Source: Longimicrobiales bacterium
Lineage (GTDB): Bacteria > Gemmatimonadota > Gemmatimonadetes > Longimicrobiales > Gaopeijiaceae
Reading direction: 5' to 3'
Assembly (NCBI GenBank): GCA_965202985.1
Contig: CBDBCF010000001.1
Location: 2,080,001-2,144,000, forward strand
DNA length: 64,000 nucleotides
Part shown: positions 41,374 through 51,213 of the stretch, piece after piece
How positions within the stretch are numbered: position 1 is the first letter of the stretch
How the letters are laid out: each line of letters opens with the position of its first letter
Translations under genes and position numbers: made by a program
Notes under the pieces: generated by a model
Database searches by the model: none
The model's input: only the letters and a program-made list of their open reading frames with translations
Told to the model about the DNA's origin: nothing

Positions 41374-42812
41374 TTAGGAAGCCGCTTGCGTCTCTTCTGC
41401 GGCCTTGCGAGCCTGTGCGGCTGCCAGTCCCGCCGACAGCGCGATCCAGAAGCCGGCCAGGGGCGCCGTCGCCATGGCCAAGGCGGCCACGCCCAGGCCG
41501 AGCATGGCGAACAGGCCGTCGATGCCCATGCCCGCCACGTCGCCGCCTCGGTACAGGAAGACGTCCACGACGGGCTTCGCCTTGTACTTCTCGCGCTCCG
41601 TCACGACGCTGAACAGCGTCTCGCGCGCAGGTCGCGAAACGGCGTGGCGCGTGGCCCGGTGGACGGCTTGGAAGATCGCCAGGACGCCCAGGACCGGCCA
41701 TATGGCCAGCACGGCGAAGCCGACCAGGGTCACCAGCGCCACGATCGCCAGCGTCCAGCCGACGCCCAGCCACTTCAAGAGGCGGGCGGTGACGAAGACT
41801 TGGACCAGCAGCGTCGCCGACTGGGCCAGGAAGTCGAAGTAGGCGAAGTTCTCGACGCGCTCGCTGAACGTGTCGGCGGCCTGCGAGATCAGGTTCGCTT
41901 GGGCGAAGTAGATCAGCGTGTTGGACACGGCCAGGAAGACCACCCATAGCCCGATCCCGAGCATGTAGGGCGAAGTGGCCACCGTCCTGGCCCCCTCCCA
42001 GAACGTGCCGCCGATCCGGGCGCACCCCCCCCGCCGTCCTCGTCGGACGCGCCCGTCGTTCTCGCTCCGGCCGATCTCTGCGCCGCCCTTGGCGTCCGGC
42101 GCCGGGGCGCCATCCGATCCAGCAGCAGCATGACCGCAACGGCGCCCGCAAAGAGAACGCACGCGACAAGCATGAATCCGGCGGGCAGATAGGCCGAATC
42201 CGTGGCGCCGCTGATCTGGCCCGCCGCCCAGCTGCCCGTGATCGACCCCAGCGTGCCGCCTGCCCCGACGAAGGCGAAGATCCGCTTTCCTTGGCCGAAG
42301 TCGAAGATGTCCACCATGAACGACCAGAAGACGCTGGTCATGAACAGGTTCACCACGCTGAGCCACACGTAGTACGTGTAGCCCACGCCCCGCGCCAAGG
42401 CCGTCTCGGTGCTGGTTCCGATCAACCCGCCGCCCGCCGCCGCATCGCCGATCAGCAGACCCGCGAAGCCCAGCAGGCACACGACCACGAACCCGTACCA
42501 TGCGGGAATGAAGCGCCGACGGTTGGTGCGCGCGACCACGCCTCCGAACGCCAGCACCACCAGCAGACTCACCGCCGAAGTGACGCCGAACAACCAGCGC
42601 AAATCGCCCATTCCCCTCGCCACGCCCATCGCGTCCCGGACGGGGCGAAGGAAGAAGTACCCGCAGAGCACCAGGAAGAAGAACAGCGCCGACAACAGGG
42701 CTAGCGGACGTTCCCGCGGCTCCATCCTCTTGAGCGTCACCGAGCCGAGGCCGAGAATCGAGCCGACTGCAACGATCCACAGGGCCACGGTCGAGACTGT
42801 CGGCGAATCCAT
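41374..42812 (-). pseudogene. Npt1/TLC-like (NTP/NDP exchange-type) MFS transporter split by a frameshift near a G8 tract
   Basis: N-half (YFFLRPVRDAMG, VFWSFM.DIF) in one frame and C-half (IGG.FWEG, RPARETLF.V...KYKAK..VD...YRGGD) in another. The junction is in the loop containing C8 at 42025-42032. Confidence 0.8.
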
Positions 42813-42967
42813 GCTTGCGCCATCTCCGTTTGGTAGGCGGAAGGAACGGGCCGGTACGCCGAAGGCGGGATTGACCCCAGCGATAAGAAGGCCATCTTCA
42901 TCCCAGGGCAAGTCCGCCCTCTCGCCCGGCTCCGATCTCCCCTCCTTGCGATGCCTGCCGTCTGCCG

Positions 42968-44416
42968 ATGAGCCCGATCTTCGGAACCGGAGCACGTTCG
43001 ACCAAAGCCCTGGTCCGCTTGACCGGCGTGCGTCCCCAGGAAGCGGTCGCGGTGTTCCTGGCGTGCGCCTACTTCTTCTGCGTGCTGGCGGCGTGGTTCG
43101 TGATTCGCCCGATCCGCGAAGAGATGGGCGTGGCCGGCGGCGTCGAGAACATCCCTTGGCTGTTCACGGGCACGCTGGCGGGGATGCTGCTGGTTCACCC
43201 TCTGTTCTCGGCCACGGTCTCCCGCTGGCCCCGTCGACGCTTCGTGACGGTGGCGTACCGGTTCTTCATGGCCAACCTGGTCGTCTTCTCGGTGTTGCTG
43301 AACGCGGTGTCTCCCGAGGCGGCGGTCTGGACCGGTCGCGTGTTCTTCGTCTGGACCAGCGTGTTCAACATGTTCGTGGTCTCGGTCTTCTGGTCGTTCA
43401 TGACCGACATCTTCCGCGAAGTCCAGAGCAAGCGGCTGTTCGGCCTTCTCGGCGTTGGAGGGACGCTGGGGGGCATCGCCGGCTCCGCTGCGACGGCGGT
43501 TCTCGCGCCTCGGGTCGAAGCGGCGCATCTGTTGTGGTTGTCGGTGCTGCTCTTGGAGGTTGCCGTCCTCTGCGTCAAGGGGCTGGACAAGCGCGACGGC
43601 GCGTCCCGCTCGCAGGCGGGCAAGGTTGGTTCCGGAAGTTCCGCATCCAGCCGGAAGGCGAGCGCCGCTCGTTCGCTCTCGTGGTCGGAGAGCGCGGCGG
43701 CCAGCACGCAGATCATCGGCGGGACGCCATGGGACGGGATTCGCCGCGTGACGGCTTCGCGGTACCTGACGGGCATCTGCGTCTTCATGGTGTTGTTCAC
43801 GACGGGCTCCACCTTCTTGTACAACATCCAAGCGGAGATCATGTCCCGGACCTTTCCGGACCCTGGACAGCGAACATCGGTGTTCGCGCAGCTGGACTTG
43901 GCTGTGCAGGTGCTGACGCTCCTAACCCAGCTGTTCTTTACGGGCCGCCTGCTCAGGTGGCTGGGCGTCGGCGTCGTGCTGGCGGTTCTGCCGACGGCCA
44001 GCGTGCTAGGGTTTGCGGCGTTGGCAACGGTGCCGATCTTCGCGGTCTTCGCCGCCTTTCAGGTGTTGCGGCGCGCAGGCGAGTACGCCCTGGCCCGCCC
44101 CAGCCGCGAAGTGCTCTACACCGTGCTGAACCGAAGCGACAAGTACAAGGCCAAGAACTTCATCGACACGGTCGTGTACAGAGGAGGCGACCAAGTCGGC
44201 GCGTGGTCGTACGCGGCGTTCGGCTACATCGGCGGAAGCACGCCCCTCGCGGCCTTGGCCATGGCCCTGTTGTCGGTCCCGTGGCTGGCGACCGCTCTAT
44301 GGCTGGGTCGACAGCAGAAGGCCCGCGCGACCCGCCTCGGGGATCAAGCCGACGCTGGCCCGTCGGCGCCGGAGCTGGCCAGTCTCCGATCCAGACATCG
44401 GATCGATCGATCGTAG
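42968..44416 (+). CDS. Npt1/TLC-like MFS transporter
   Basis: IRPIREEMG, VFWSFMTDIF...KRLFG, RPSREVLYT....KYKAKNFIDTVVYRGGD. Confidence 0.88.
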   Translation: MSPIFGTGARSTKALVRLTGVRPQEAVAVFLACAYFFCVLAAWFVIRPIREEMGVAGGVENIPWLFTGTLAGMLLVHPLFSATVSRWPRRRFVTVAYRFFMANLVVFSVLLNAVSPEAAVWTGRVFFVWTSVFNMFVVSVFWSFMTDIFREVQSKRLFGLLGVGGTLGGIAGSAATAVLAPRVEAAHLLWLSVLLLEVAVLCVKGLDKRDGASRSQAGKVGSGSSASSRKASAARSLSWSESAAASTQIIGGTPWDGIRRVTASRYLTGICVFMVLFTTGSTFLYNIQAEIMSRTFPDPGQRTSVFAQLDLAVQVLTLLTQLFFTGRLLRWLGVGVVLAVLPTASVLGFAALATVPIFAVFAAFQVLRRAGEYALARPSREVLYTVLNRSDKYKAKNFIDTVVYRGGDQVGAWSYAAFGYIGGSTPLAALAMALLSVPWLATALWLGRQQKARATRLGDQADAGPSAPELASLRSRHRIDRS

Positions 44417-44737
44417 CTACGACTTCTTGCCCGGCGTGAGCTCGTCCAAGATGTCCGATGCCGATATTGCGATCTGGAAGACGATCACCACGAGTTCCAG
44501 GCAGACGCGCACCCCGAACAAGAAGAACAGCGACAAGACCACGGCCGATCCCGAGTAGGCGAAGACGTCCGCGTCGGGCAAGTCGCCACTGGTCAGGAAC
44601 GGGATGATCTCGAAGCCCCATGCGAAGATCAGGACGACGAAGGTCAGGATGTACATTATCCTAACCAAACGGATCGCCACGAAGTGAGAGAACGAGAAGT
44701 CGAAGATGCGCGCGAAGGTCGAGGGACGAGAAGCCAT
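44417..44737 (-). CDS. DUF4282-like small membrane protein
   Basis: IFDFSF..FV..RL...Y and R..LE...V.F.I pattern, three hydrophobic segments. Confidence 0.7.
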   Translation of the reverse strand: MASRPSTFARIFDFSFSHFVAIRLVRIMYILTFVVLIFAWGFEIIPFLTSGDLPDADVFAYSGSAVVLSLFFLFGVRVCLELVVIVFQIAISASDILDELTPGKKS

Positions 44738-44857
44738 TTTTCCGTCACGGTGTTGAAGTTGGAGTGAAGACGCTGCCCTAGAGTGATTTGTCGTGCGAGC
44801 CCGCCTGCACCCGCGAACGGCGCAGGCGGGCTCGCCCTCCTTTTGCCCGACGTTCTA

Positions 44858-45967
44858 CTAGCGAGTCGCCACCAGCGTGTCCTTGAGGTCTTGGACCCGC
44901 TCGGAGGTGACTTCACGCAAGTCCTTGATGCGCTCGCCCGTGTAGTCCTTGAAGTCGTCGATCCGCTGGCCCAAGGTATCGACGATCCGCTTCTCCGAGT
45001 CACGAATAGCTTGACCGATCGAAGCGTGAGCGGCCTCCCCTTCGGCTGCAACTGCTTCAATGCGCTGGTCCAGGCCTGCTTCAGCGCCGTCGATGCGCTT
45101 GGCCAAGCTTGCTTCGACGTTGTTGATGCACTTACTCATCCCTGCCTCGACGCTTTCAATGTGTTTGGTCAGGCCAGTTTTGACTTCTTCGATGCGCTCC
45201 CCCAGACCTGCTTCGACGTCGTCGACGCGCTGCCCAAGGCCCGCTTCGACACCGTCGATTCGCTTGGTCAGGCCGGCTTCGACGCCGTCGATTCGCTGTC
45301 CCAGACCGGCTTCGACGCTGTCCATGCGCTGCCCAAGGCCCGCTTCGACACCGTCGATTCGCTTGGTCAGGCCGGCTTCGACGCCGTCGATTCGCTTGGC
45401 CAGGCCCGCTTCGACGCTGTCGATTCGCTGTCCCAGGCCTGCTTCGACGCTGTCCATGCGCTGTCCCAGACCTGCTTCGACACTGTCGATTCGCTGCCCC
45501 AGACCCGCTTCGACGCCGTCGATTCGCTTGGTCAGGCCGGCTTCGACGCCGTCGATGCGTTGTCCCAGACCTGCTTCGACACTGTCGATTCGCTGTCCCA
45601 GACCCGCTTCGACACCGTCGATGCGCTTGGTCAAGCTTGCTTCGACGTTATCGATGCGCTTGCTCATCCCCGCCTCGACGCTTTCGATGTGTTTGGTCAG
45701 GCCAGTTTTGACTTCCTTGATGCGGTGCCCAAGGCCTGCTTCGACACCGTCAATGCGCTGTCCAAGGCCTGCTTCGACGCCGTCGATGCGCTTGGTCAGG
45801 CTTGCTTCGACATTGTCAATGCGCTTGCCAAGGTGGGCTTCGACATTGTCCATGTGTTTGCCGAGGCTGCCTTCGACATCGTCGATGCGCTTGCCAATGG
45901 ACCTGTTGAGCATCGCGAAGCCGGTCGCAAGCACGACCAGGCCTCCGAGCCACTCCAAGACTCCCAT
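44858..45967 (-). CDS. Membrane-anchored hendecad coiled-coil (apolipoprotein-like) repeat protein
   Basis: AAAGGAGG RBS, ATG 45967, N-terminal hydrophobic helix, about 26 copies of an 11-aa unit (K/Q)RID(G/S)VEAGL(G/T). Confidence 0.85.
   Translation of the reverse strand: MGVLEWLGGLVVLATGFAMLNRSIGKRIDDVEGSLGKHMDNVEAHLGKRIDNVEASLTKRIDGVEAGLGQRIDGVEAGLGHRIKEVKTGLTKHIESVEAGMSKRIDNVEASLTKRIDGVEAGLGQRIDSVEAGLGQRIDGVEAGLTKRIDGVEAGLGQRIDSVEAGLGQRMDSVEAGLGQRIDSVEAGLAKRIDGVEAGLTKRIDGVEAGLGQRMDSVEAGLGQRIDGVEAGLTKRIDGVEAGLGQRVDDVEAGLGERIEEVKTGLTKHIESVEAGMSKCINNVEASLAKRIDGAEAGLDQRIEAVAAEGEAAHASIGQAIRDSEKRIVDTLGQRIDDFKDYTGERIKDLREVTSERVQDLKDTLVATR
45035..45895. repeat. 33-bp coding tandem repeat array (about 26 units)
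   Basis: Recurring GCTTCGACxxxGTCGAT(T/G)CGC with a 33-nt period. Confidence 0.9.
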
Positions 45968-46149
45968 GCGACTTCCTCCTTTCGGACGAGGCGTCGTCCC
46001 CGTCCCGTTGTGGTGGTGCGCTCCGAGAAGCGTCCCCGCGTGGGACGCCCGAGGTGCGCAGGACAAGCTAACGCATTCGAGGTCCGACCGGCACGGGTCC
46101 GGTCGCGTCCAGCTGCTCACGAGGTGCCGATCCGTCTCGAGTTTGGGTC

Positions 46150-49100
46150 CTAGTCTTCCCGCCGAACCACGACCCCGTATCCCTCCAAGTCTCGTTGCTC
46201 ATACGACTGCGCGGCGGCTACCTCAAGGAGCCGCACTTGGTAGCCGTCGGCATGAGCGACGTTCGGTACCCAGAACTCCAGCACGCCTCCGGTCCGCAGG
46301 CGCCCGGCCACGACGATCCGGCGCCGTAGCGGCGTGCCCGCGTGGAACAGCTCGAAGTCCGTCGCCCGCAACGAGTCCAGGCCCGGGCCCTCGACCTCCA
46401 GCATGACGCCCGCGTCGTCGTTCGAGTTCGGCAATGTCAAGTCGACAGTCAGGAACCCGGGCAAGGGCAGGGCAACGGCGGCGAACTCGGCGGTCAGGCC
46501 GGCTGCCGAAGCGACCAGCGTCTGCGAAGAGTCCGATCCCAAGGTCCATGTCGTCCGGGCCAAGCCGTCGGCCTGCGTCACGACCGAATCCGGAGAGATT
46601 GAGCCGCCGCCCGAAGTCACCGCGAACCGCACCACAGCCTCTTGGGCCGGGTGTCCGTTGGCGTCCAGCACTCGCACCGTCGGCGAGACGTCCAAGGGGT
46701 CGCCGGCAACGCCGTCTTGGCGGTCGCCTTCGACCTTTTGCAGGTCGCGGGGAGTTTGCCTGACCGTCGCGGCCGCCTGGGCGCGTGCGGCACCCGCTCG
46801 GGCCGTGATGGCGGCGGCGCCGCTGCCGACCGCCCGGACCAGCCCCGTGTCGTCCACGGTCGCCACGTCCGGCGCCGAGCTCGTCCATGCTACGGCCGCG
46901 CCGGCCATCAAATTGCCGTTCTGATCGCGAACTTGGACTCCCAGCTGTTGCGCGTCGTCGATGGCCTCCAGCACGAAGGCGGACGGAGACAAGACCATGG
47001 TCGTGGGAATCGGATCGGGGGCCGTAGGAGGGGAATCGCCGCCGCAAGCCGCCGCAAGCGCAGATGCGAGCAGCCGCAATCCGAGCGTCGTGGACTTGGT
47101 TCGCGGACGCAGGGCAACCGGGGCCGCCACTTTCGGCTCTGCCCGATCGCACTCGCACGGGCACTCGCGCCGCCGCGTGGCACTTGTCTTCGCCGAACGA
47201 CGCCGAGCGTTCCGGCCCGGCAGCCTCCGCTCCCGCGACTTCGGCCCAGTCCGCGACGAGGACAACGTTGCTGGCGCCGACGACGACGGGCCGTCCTTGC
47301 ACCGGGCGCCCCCTGCCCGACATCGGTCTCGCCACGACAGAAAGTCGCCCAGGTTGTAGGCGCCGTCGTGGTTGCCCAGCCGGTCGAGCGCCGCCCGTTG
47401 GAGATCGGTGACGGGGCCGTCGCCCAAGAGGGCCCGCGCGGCCTCCTGCACCGACAAGTCCGTCGCCACCTGGAAGGTGTCGGCCACGAAGAACGGTCGG
47501 CCGGCACCTCCGTCCACGTCGATCCGAATCGTGTCCACGTAAAGACCGGGAGCCGTGGCGCGGGCGCGCCGCCGCCACCGCAAGCGGTCGCCGGCCGTGC
47601 CCGTCGAGTCCAGCAGTTCGAGCCAATCGAACCCATTCGTCCCGCCCGTCCTGGCCGACCACGTGCTCGCCTCCGCCCCGAAGCCCTTCATCTCGACCAC
47701 CACCGAGTCTCCGAGCGCCTCCGCAACCCCGGTCACCGAGACCGCGTGGCCGCCCGAACGGTCCCGCGCCCACACGACCACGCCCACGGTCAGCCCCACC
47801 ACCACCGCCGGCCCGTCCTCTCGGGGGACGCTCGCCGAGCTCAGCCGAACCGTCTCTTCGTATTCGCCGGCTTCCAACTCCGACGGATCGACGGTCCACG
47901 CCAGCGTGTCGAATGCGAAGCCCGAGGCCACGTCCAGCGACAACCACTCCGATCCGCCGTGCGTGGCCGTCCACTGCTCGCTGGGCCAGCCGGCGCCGAA
48001 GACGCCGACGCCAGTGCGCAAAGCCACGGGCTGGCCGCCCACCGGCACTTCCAGCTCCTGGTCCCGAACCCGCACCTGAAGCGACAGCGGCGCCGAGGCG
48101 GGCACCGAGAAGGCGCCCCGTCCGTGCGTGGCGGCGACCATCATGCCGGCGTGCGGTTCGGCGACCAGATCAAAGACGGCCACCATCGGCAACCCGCTCC
48201 CGAAGCGCGTCCAGCGCCCCGGCCCCGCCGAAGCGAACACGCCCAAGTCCGTCCCGACGAAGAGCTGGTCGTCGTTGGCGGGGTCCAGCAGCACGGCGTT
48301 GACCGGGTGGTCGGGAAGGTTGCCCGTGATGTCGCGCCACGTATCGCCGAAGTCGTCGGTGGCGAACACGTGGCCGGTGCCGAAGCCCGAGACGGTGGCC
48401 CAGGCCGTGCCCGCCCGTGTGGGATGCACCGCCAAGTCCGACACGAATCGGTCCGGCAGGAACGAGGTGCGCCAGGTCGCGCCCCCGTCCCGCGTCACGT
48501 GCACCTTGCCCCAGCTGGCGACGTACACCACGCCCCCGTCCGAGCGCGCCGGCGCAATCCGGGAAATGGGTTCGTCCGCGTCCTTCTGGGCAATGTTGCC
48601 GGGGACGACTTGCCACGAATCGCCGCCGTCTCGCGTCTTGTACAGTCGCGAAGTGCCGAAGTACAGCACGTCGGGGTCGAACGCGTCCATGACCAGCGGC
48701 GGAATGAACAAGGCGTCTTCGTCCAAGTCGATGCCCGCAATGAACTGCTCGGCGGACGCGCCGCCGTCCGAGCGTCGGGGACCCGAGTATTCGCCGCCCC
48801 ACTGCGTTTCGACCCATATGCGGTCGCGCGTGGGATGCGTTGCCGTAAAGCCGCCGTCGCCCCCCAGCACATGTTCCCACACCGGGTCGCCGGGCCGGTG
48901 TCGAACCGTTCCGTTGTCCTGTGTGCCCCCCAAGACGTCGAACGCCCCGCGCGGACTGATCGACACGCCGCCGTAGAACTGCGTCAGCTCCAAGTTCGTG
49001 TTGAGCGACTCCCAATGCTCGCCGCGGTCCGGACTGCGGTAGACGCCGCCGTCGTTGCCCACCCATACCATGTCCGGCCGTTCCGGGTCGGTGGTGATCA

Positions 49101-50334
49101 CGTGCTGGTCCACGTGTATCCATTCGGTGCCGCCGTTCATCTTGTAGTCGAAGGACCGGCCGCCGTTGTCGGAGCGATAGAACAAGATGCTTCCGAAGTA
49201 CAGGACGCTGGGGTCCCGCGGGTGGACAGCCAGCGTCATGTCGTACCAGCACTGCGTGCACGAGGCCCCTTCGGCGGGCAATGCGGACCAGGTGTCGCCG
49301 CCGTCGGAGCTGCGGTACAGCTTGGGCGGCGCGTCTTCGTCGGCCCGGGGATCGAACGCCGCATAGAGGACGGCGGGATCGGACGGGGCCTGGGCCAGCA
49401 TGATCCGCCCGTCGGTGCTGTCGCCCAACGTCAAGTGCTTCCATGTCGCGCCGCCGTTCGTGGACCGATGCACGCCGACGTACCGAACGCCGATGAAGAG
49501 TCGCTCCGGAACGCTGGGATGCAGCGCAAGGTCGGTCACGGCGGGGCCCCACCACTGGTCTTCCAAGACGAACGTCTCGTGCCAGGTCCTGCCCGAGTTC
49601 GTGGAGCGGTAGAAGCCCCAGTCGGTGGCGGCGTAGACGGTGGTCGCGCTTGCCGAACCCGCCGTGGCCGGATCGACGGCTATCCGCGAGATCCGCGCGC
49701 CGCCGTAGGGCGAGTTCCCAAAGACGGACTGGCCGAGGTGGACCCAGGTGGCTCCCCCGTCGGTGGAGCGCAACACGCCGCATCCGTAGTAGCTGTCCGC
49801 GGAAAAGTGAGCTTCGCCGGTGCCGGCGTACACGATCTCCGGGTCAACCGGGTCCAGCGCGATCGCGCCCATTGCCAACGAGCACTGGTCGTCGGTCAGC
49901 GGGCGCCACGACCTCCCCTGGTTGTCCGTTCTCCAGACGCCGCCCTGCGCTCCGCCCGCGAAGATCAAGTCCGGGTCGGTCGGATGCAGCGTGACCGCCG
50001 AAACCCGGCCCGTCGAAGCCAGGAACCACGGAATGACCTGCGGCCCCAGCGGCTCCCACGCCCCTGAGAGCACCGCCGAGCGACGTCCCGGCGGCGTAAT
50101 CCGCATCGGCCTGCGCAACACCGCGGACCGAGCCGCCTGCAACCGACCGCCCAGTCCCTCCAATCCCGGAGACCGCCGCTGTTCCAGAAAGAACTCCCAG
50201 CGCCGAGCGGGGTCGTCGGTCTGCAAGAGCGAGGCCGCCGCTCGTCCTGCCGAGGCGTCCGCCCTAGTTGCTCCGCCCGCCTGGGCCGCAAGCGCCAGTC
50301 CCACCGCGGCCAAGCGAGCCAGCCATGACCTCAC
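46150..50334 (-). CDS. Large exported BNR/Asp-box (sortilin-like) beta-propeller protein with BACON-like, EF-hand-like and Big_2 domains. Probably an in-frame fusion of two genes.
   Basis: Many S/T-x-D/N-G-G-x-T/S-W boxes, HVDQH, GGTQDNG, GGDG, AATHGRG. C-terminal WTSSAPDVATVD..G.V (Big_2). Internal lipobox LAAAC at about 47045. Confidence 0.8.
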   Translation of the reverse strand: MRSWLARLAAVGLALAAQAGGATRADASAGRAAASLLQTDDPARRWEFFLEQRRSPGLEGLGGRLQAARSAVLRRPMRITPPGRRSAVLSGAWEPLGPQVIPWFLASTGRVSAVTLHPTDPDLIFAGGAQGGVWRTDNQGRSWRPLTDDQCSLAMGAIALDPVDPEIVYAGTGEAHFSADSYYGCGVLRSTDGGATWVHLGQSVFGNSPYGGARISRIAVDPATAGSASATTVYAATDWGFYRSTNSGRTWHETFVLEDQWWGPAVTDLALHPSVPERLFIGVRYVGVHRSTNGGATWKHLTLGDSTDGRIMLAQAPSDPAVLYAAFDPRADEDAPPKLYRSSDGGDTWSALPAEGASCTQCWYDMTLAVHPRDPSVLYFGSILFYRSDNGGRSFDYKMNGGTEWIHVDQHVITTDPERPDMVWVGNDGGVYRSPDRGEHWESLNTNLELTQFYGGVSISPRGAFDVLGGTQDNGTVRHRPGDPVWEHVLGGDGGFTATHPTRDRIWVETQWGGEYSGPRRSDGGASAEQFIAGIDLDEDALFIPPLVMDAFDPDVLYFGTSRLYKTRDGGDSWQVVPGNIAQKDADEPISRIAPARSDGGVVYVASWGKVHVTRDGGATWRTSFLPDRFVSDLAVHPTRAGTAWATVSGFGTGHVFATDDFGDTWRDITGNLPDHPVNAVLLDPANDDQLFVGTDLGVFASAGPGRWTRFGSGLPMVAVFDLVAEPHAGMMVAATHGRGAFSVPASAPLSLQVRVRDQELEVPVGGQPVALRTGVGVFGAGWPSEQWTATHGGSEWLSLDVASGFAFDTLAWTVDPSELEAGEYEETVRLSSASVPREDGPAVVVGLTVGVVVWARDRSGGHAVSVTGVAEALGDSVVVEMKGFGAEASTWSARTGGTNGFDWLELLDSTGTAGDRLRWRRRARATAPGLYVDTIRIDVDGGAGRPFFVADTFQVATDLSVQEAARALLGDGPVTDLQRAALDRLGNHDGAYNLGDFLSWRDRCRAGGARCKDGPSSSAPATLSSSRTGPKSRERRLPGRNARRRSAKTSATRRRECPCECDRAEPKVAAPVALRPRTKSTTLGLRLLASALAAACGGDSPPTAPDPIPTTMVLSPSAFVLEAIDDAQQLGVQVRDQNGNLMAGAAVAWTSSAPDVATVDDTGLVRAVGSGAAAITARAGAARAQAAATVRQTPRDLQKVEGDRQDGVAGDPLDVSPTVRVLDANGHPAQEAVVRFAVTSGGGSISPDSVVTQADGLARTTWTLGSDSSQTLVASAAGLTAEFAAVALPLPGFLTVDLTLPNSNDDAGVMLEVEGPGLDSLRATDFELFHAGTPLRRRIVVAGRLRTGGVLEFWVPNVAHADGYQVRLLEVAAAQSYEQRDLEGYGVVVRRED

Positions 50335-50346
50335 CCAGGGAGTCCT

Positions 50347-51213
50347 CTATGCATCGCCCGCGTCCAAAGCCGGCTCCCACGGAACGGAAGTCAAGAAGTC
50401 GACCAGAGCTCTGCTTGCCGGCGATTCTTCGAACGCCGTCTTTGGTAGGCCCTCCCTGCCTATGACGACCGACATCGGAGCGCCCGGGCAACTAAACTGC
50501 CCCGCTATCGTTATTCCCGCCTTCGTGCGATTGGCAATGCCCCGAGACACCTGATCTTCGGGGTTCCTGTATGCGTCAATAAAGTCCAGTGCCCGGGCGT
50601 ACCTATCGGGCCAAGCCACCGAGACCATCGGCCCCAGGTGATCTTCCAGGGTTCCCGTGTCTTCCGCATTTCCGGAAAAGACAAAGCACCCGACCGGAGC
50701 CACATCCGTTGCCATCCGCATCCCGTGTCGCAGCTCCGCCAAGTCTCCGTAATGCGTGCGGTAGCGCTGCCGGACGTTGTCGAGCGTGCCCGCTACGCCA
50801 ATTTCGTTTGCATCGTGCAAGAGTGCGATCGCGTATTGCGACACGTCGTATGAAACATTACCGGCAATCTCCATCGTTGTCTTCACCTTGTCGAGAAAGT
50901 CTACAATCGGATTCGTCTGGTCCTTGCCGTGAGCGCGAAACAGAAAAAACACCGTATCCAAATCAACACTCTGCAAGACCGCTTCAAGCGTGGGCAAACG
51001 GGGATGCGTCGCCGTCTGCAACGTGAGGTCACTAACGGCATACCGATCAATGTGTGTTGCAATCAAACCTCGACCCGCATGGCTATGGCCAAATGGCGAA
51101 GGCAAGTCCCGAATCTTGCCGTCGACCCAACGACAACCACCCACGACGCCGAGGCTGCGTTGCGTAAACACTACATCGTGACGACCCTCGCAAAACACGA
51201 GAATCGCCTTCAT
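50347..51213 (-). CDS. TOPRIM-like protein (DUF3226-like)
   Basis: N-terminal LVFCEGRHD, LLHDAN (DxD-like) and GTLEDHL. ATGA overlap with the upstream ATPase gene. Confidence 0.65.
   Translation of the reverse strand: MKAILVFCEGRHDVVFTQRSLGVVGGCRWVDGKIRDLPSPFGHSHAGRGLIATHIDRYAVSDLTLQTATHPRLPTLEAVLQSVDLDTVFFLFRAHGKDQTNPIVDFLDKVKTTMEIAGNVSYDVSQYAIALLHDANEIGVAGTLDNVRQRYRTHYGDLAELRHGMRMATDVAPVGCFVFSGNAEDTGTLEDHLGPMVSVAWPDRYARALDFIDAYRNPEDQVSRGIANRTKAGITIAGQFSCPGAPMSVVIGREGLPKTAFEESPASRALVDFLTSVPWEPALDAGDA

Noticed and set aside
45035..45895. Possible CRISPR array
   Set aside because: The units are contiguous 33-bp in-frame coding repeats with no unique spacers, and there are no cas genes.
44783..46406. 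Long plus-strand ORFs of 456 and 448 aa
   Set aside because: They are antisense shadows of the stop-free repeat array. The minus-strand frame has the RBS and membrane anchor.
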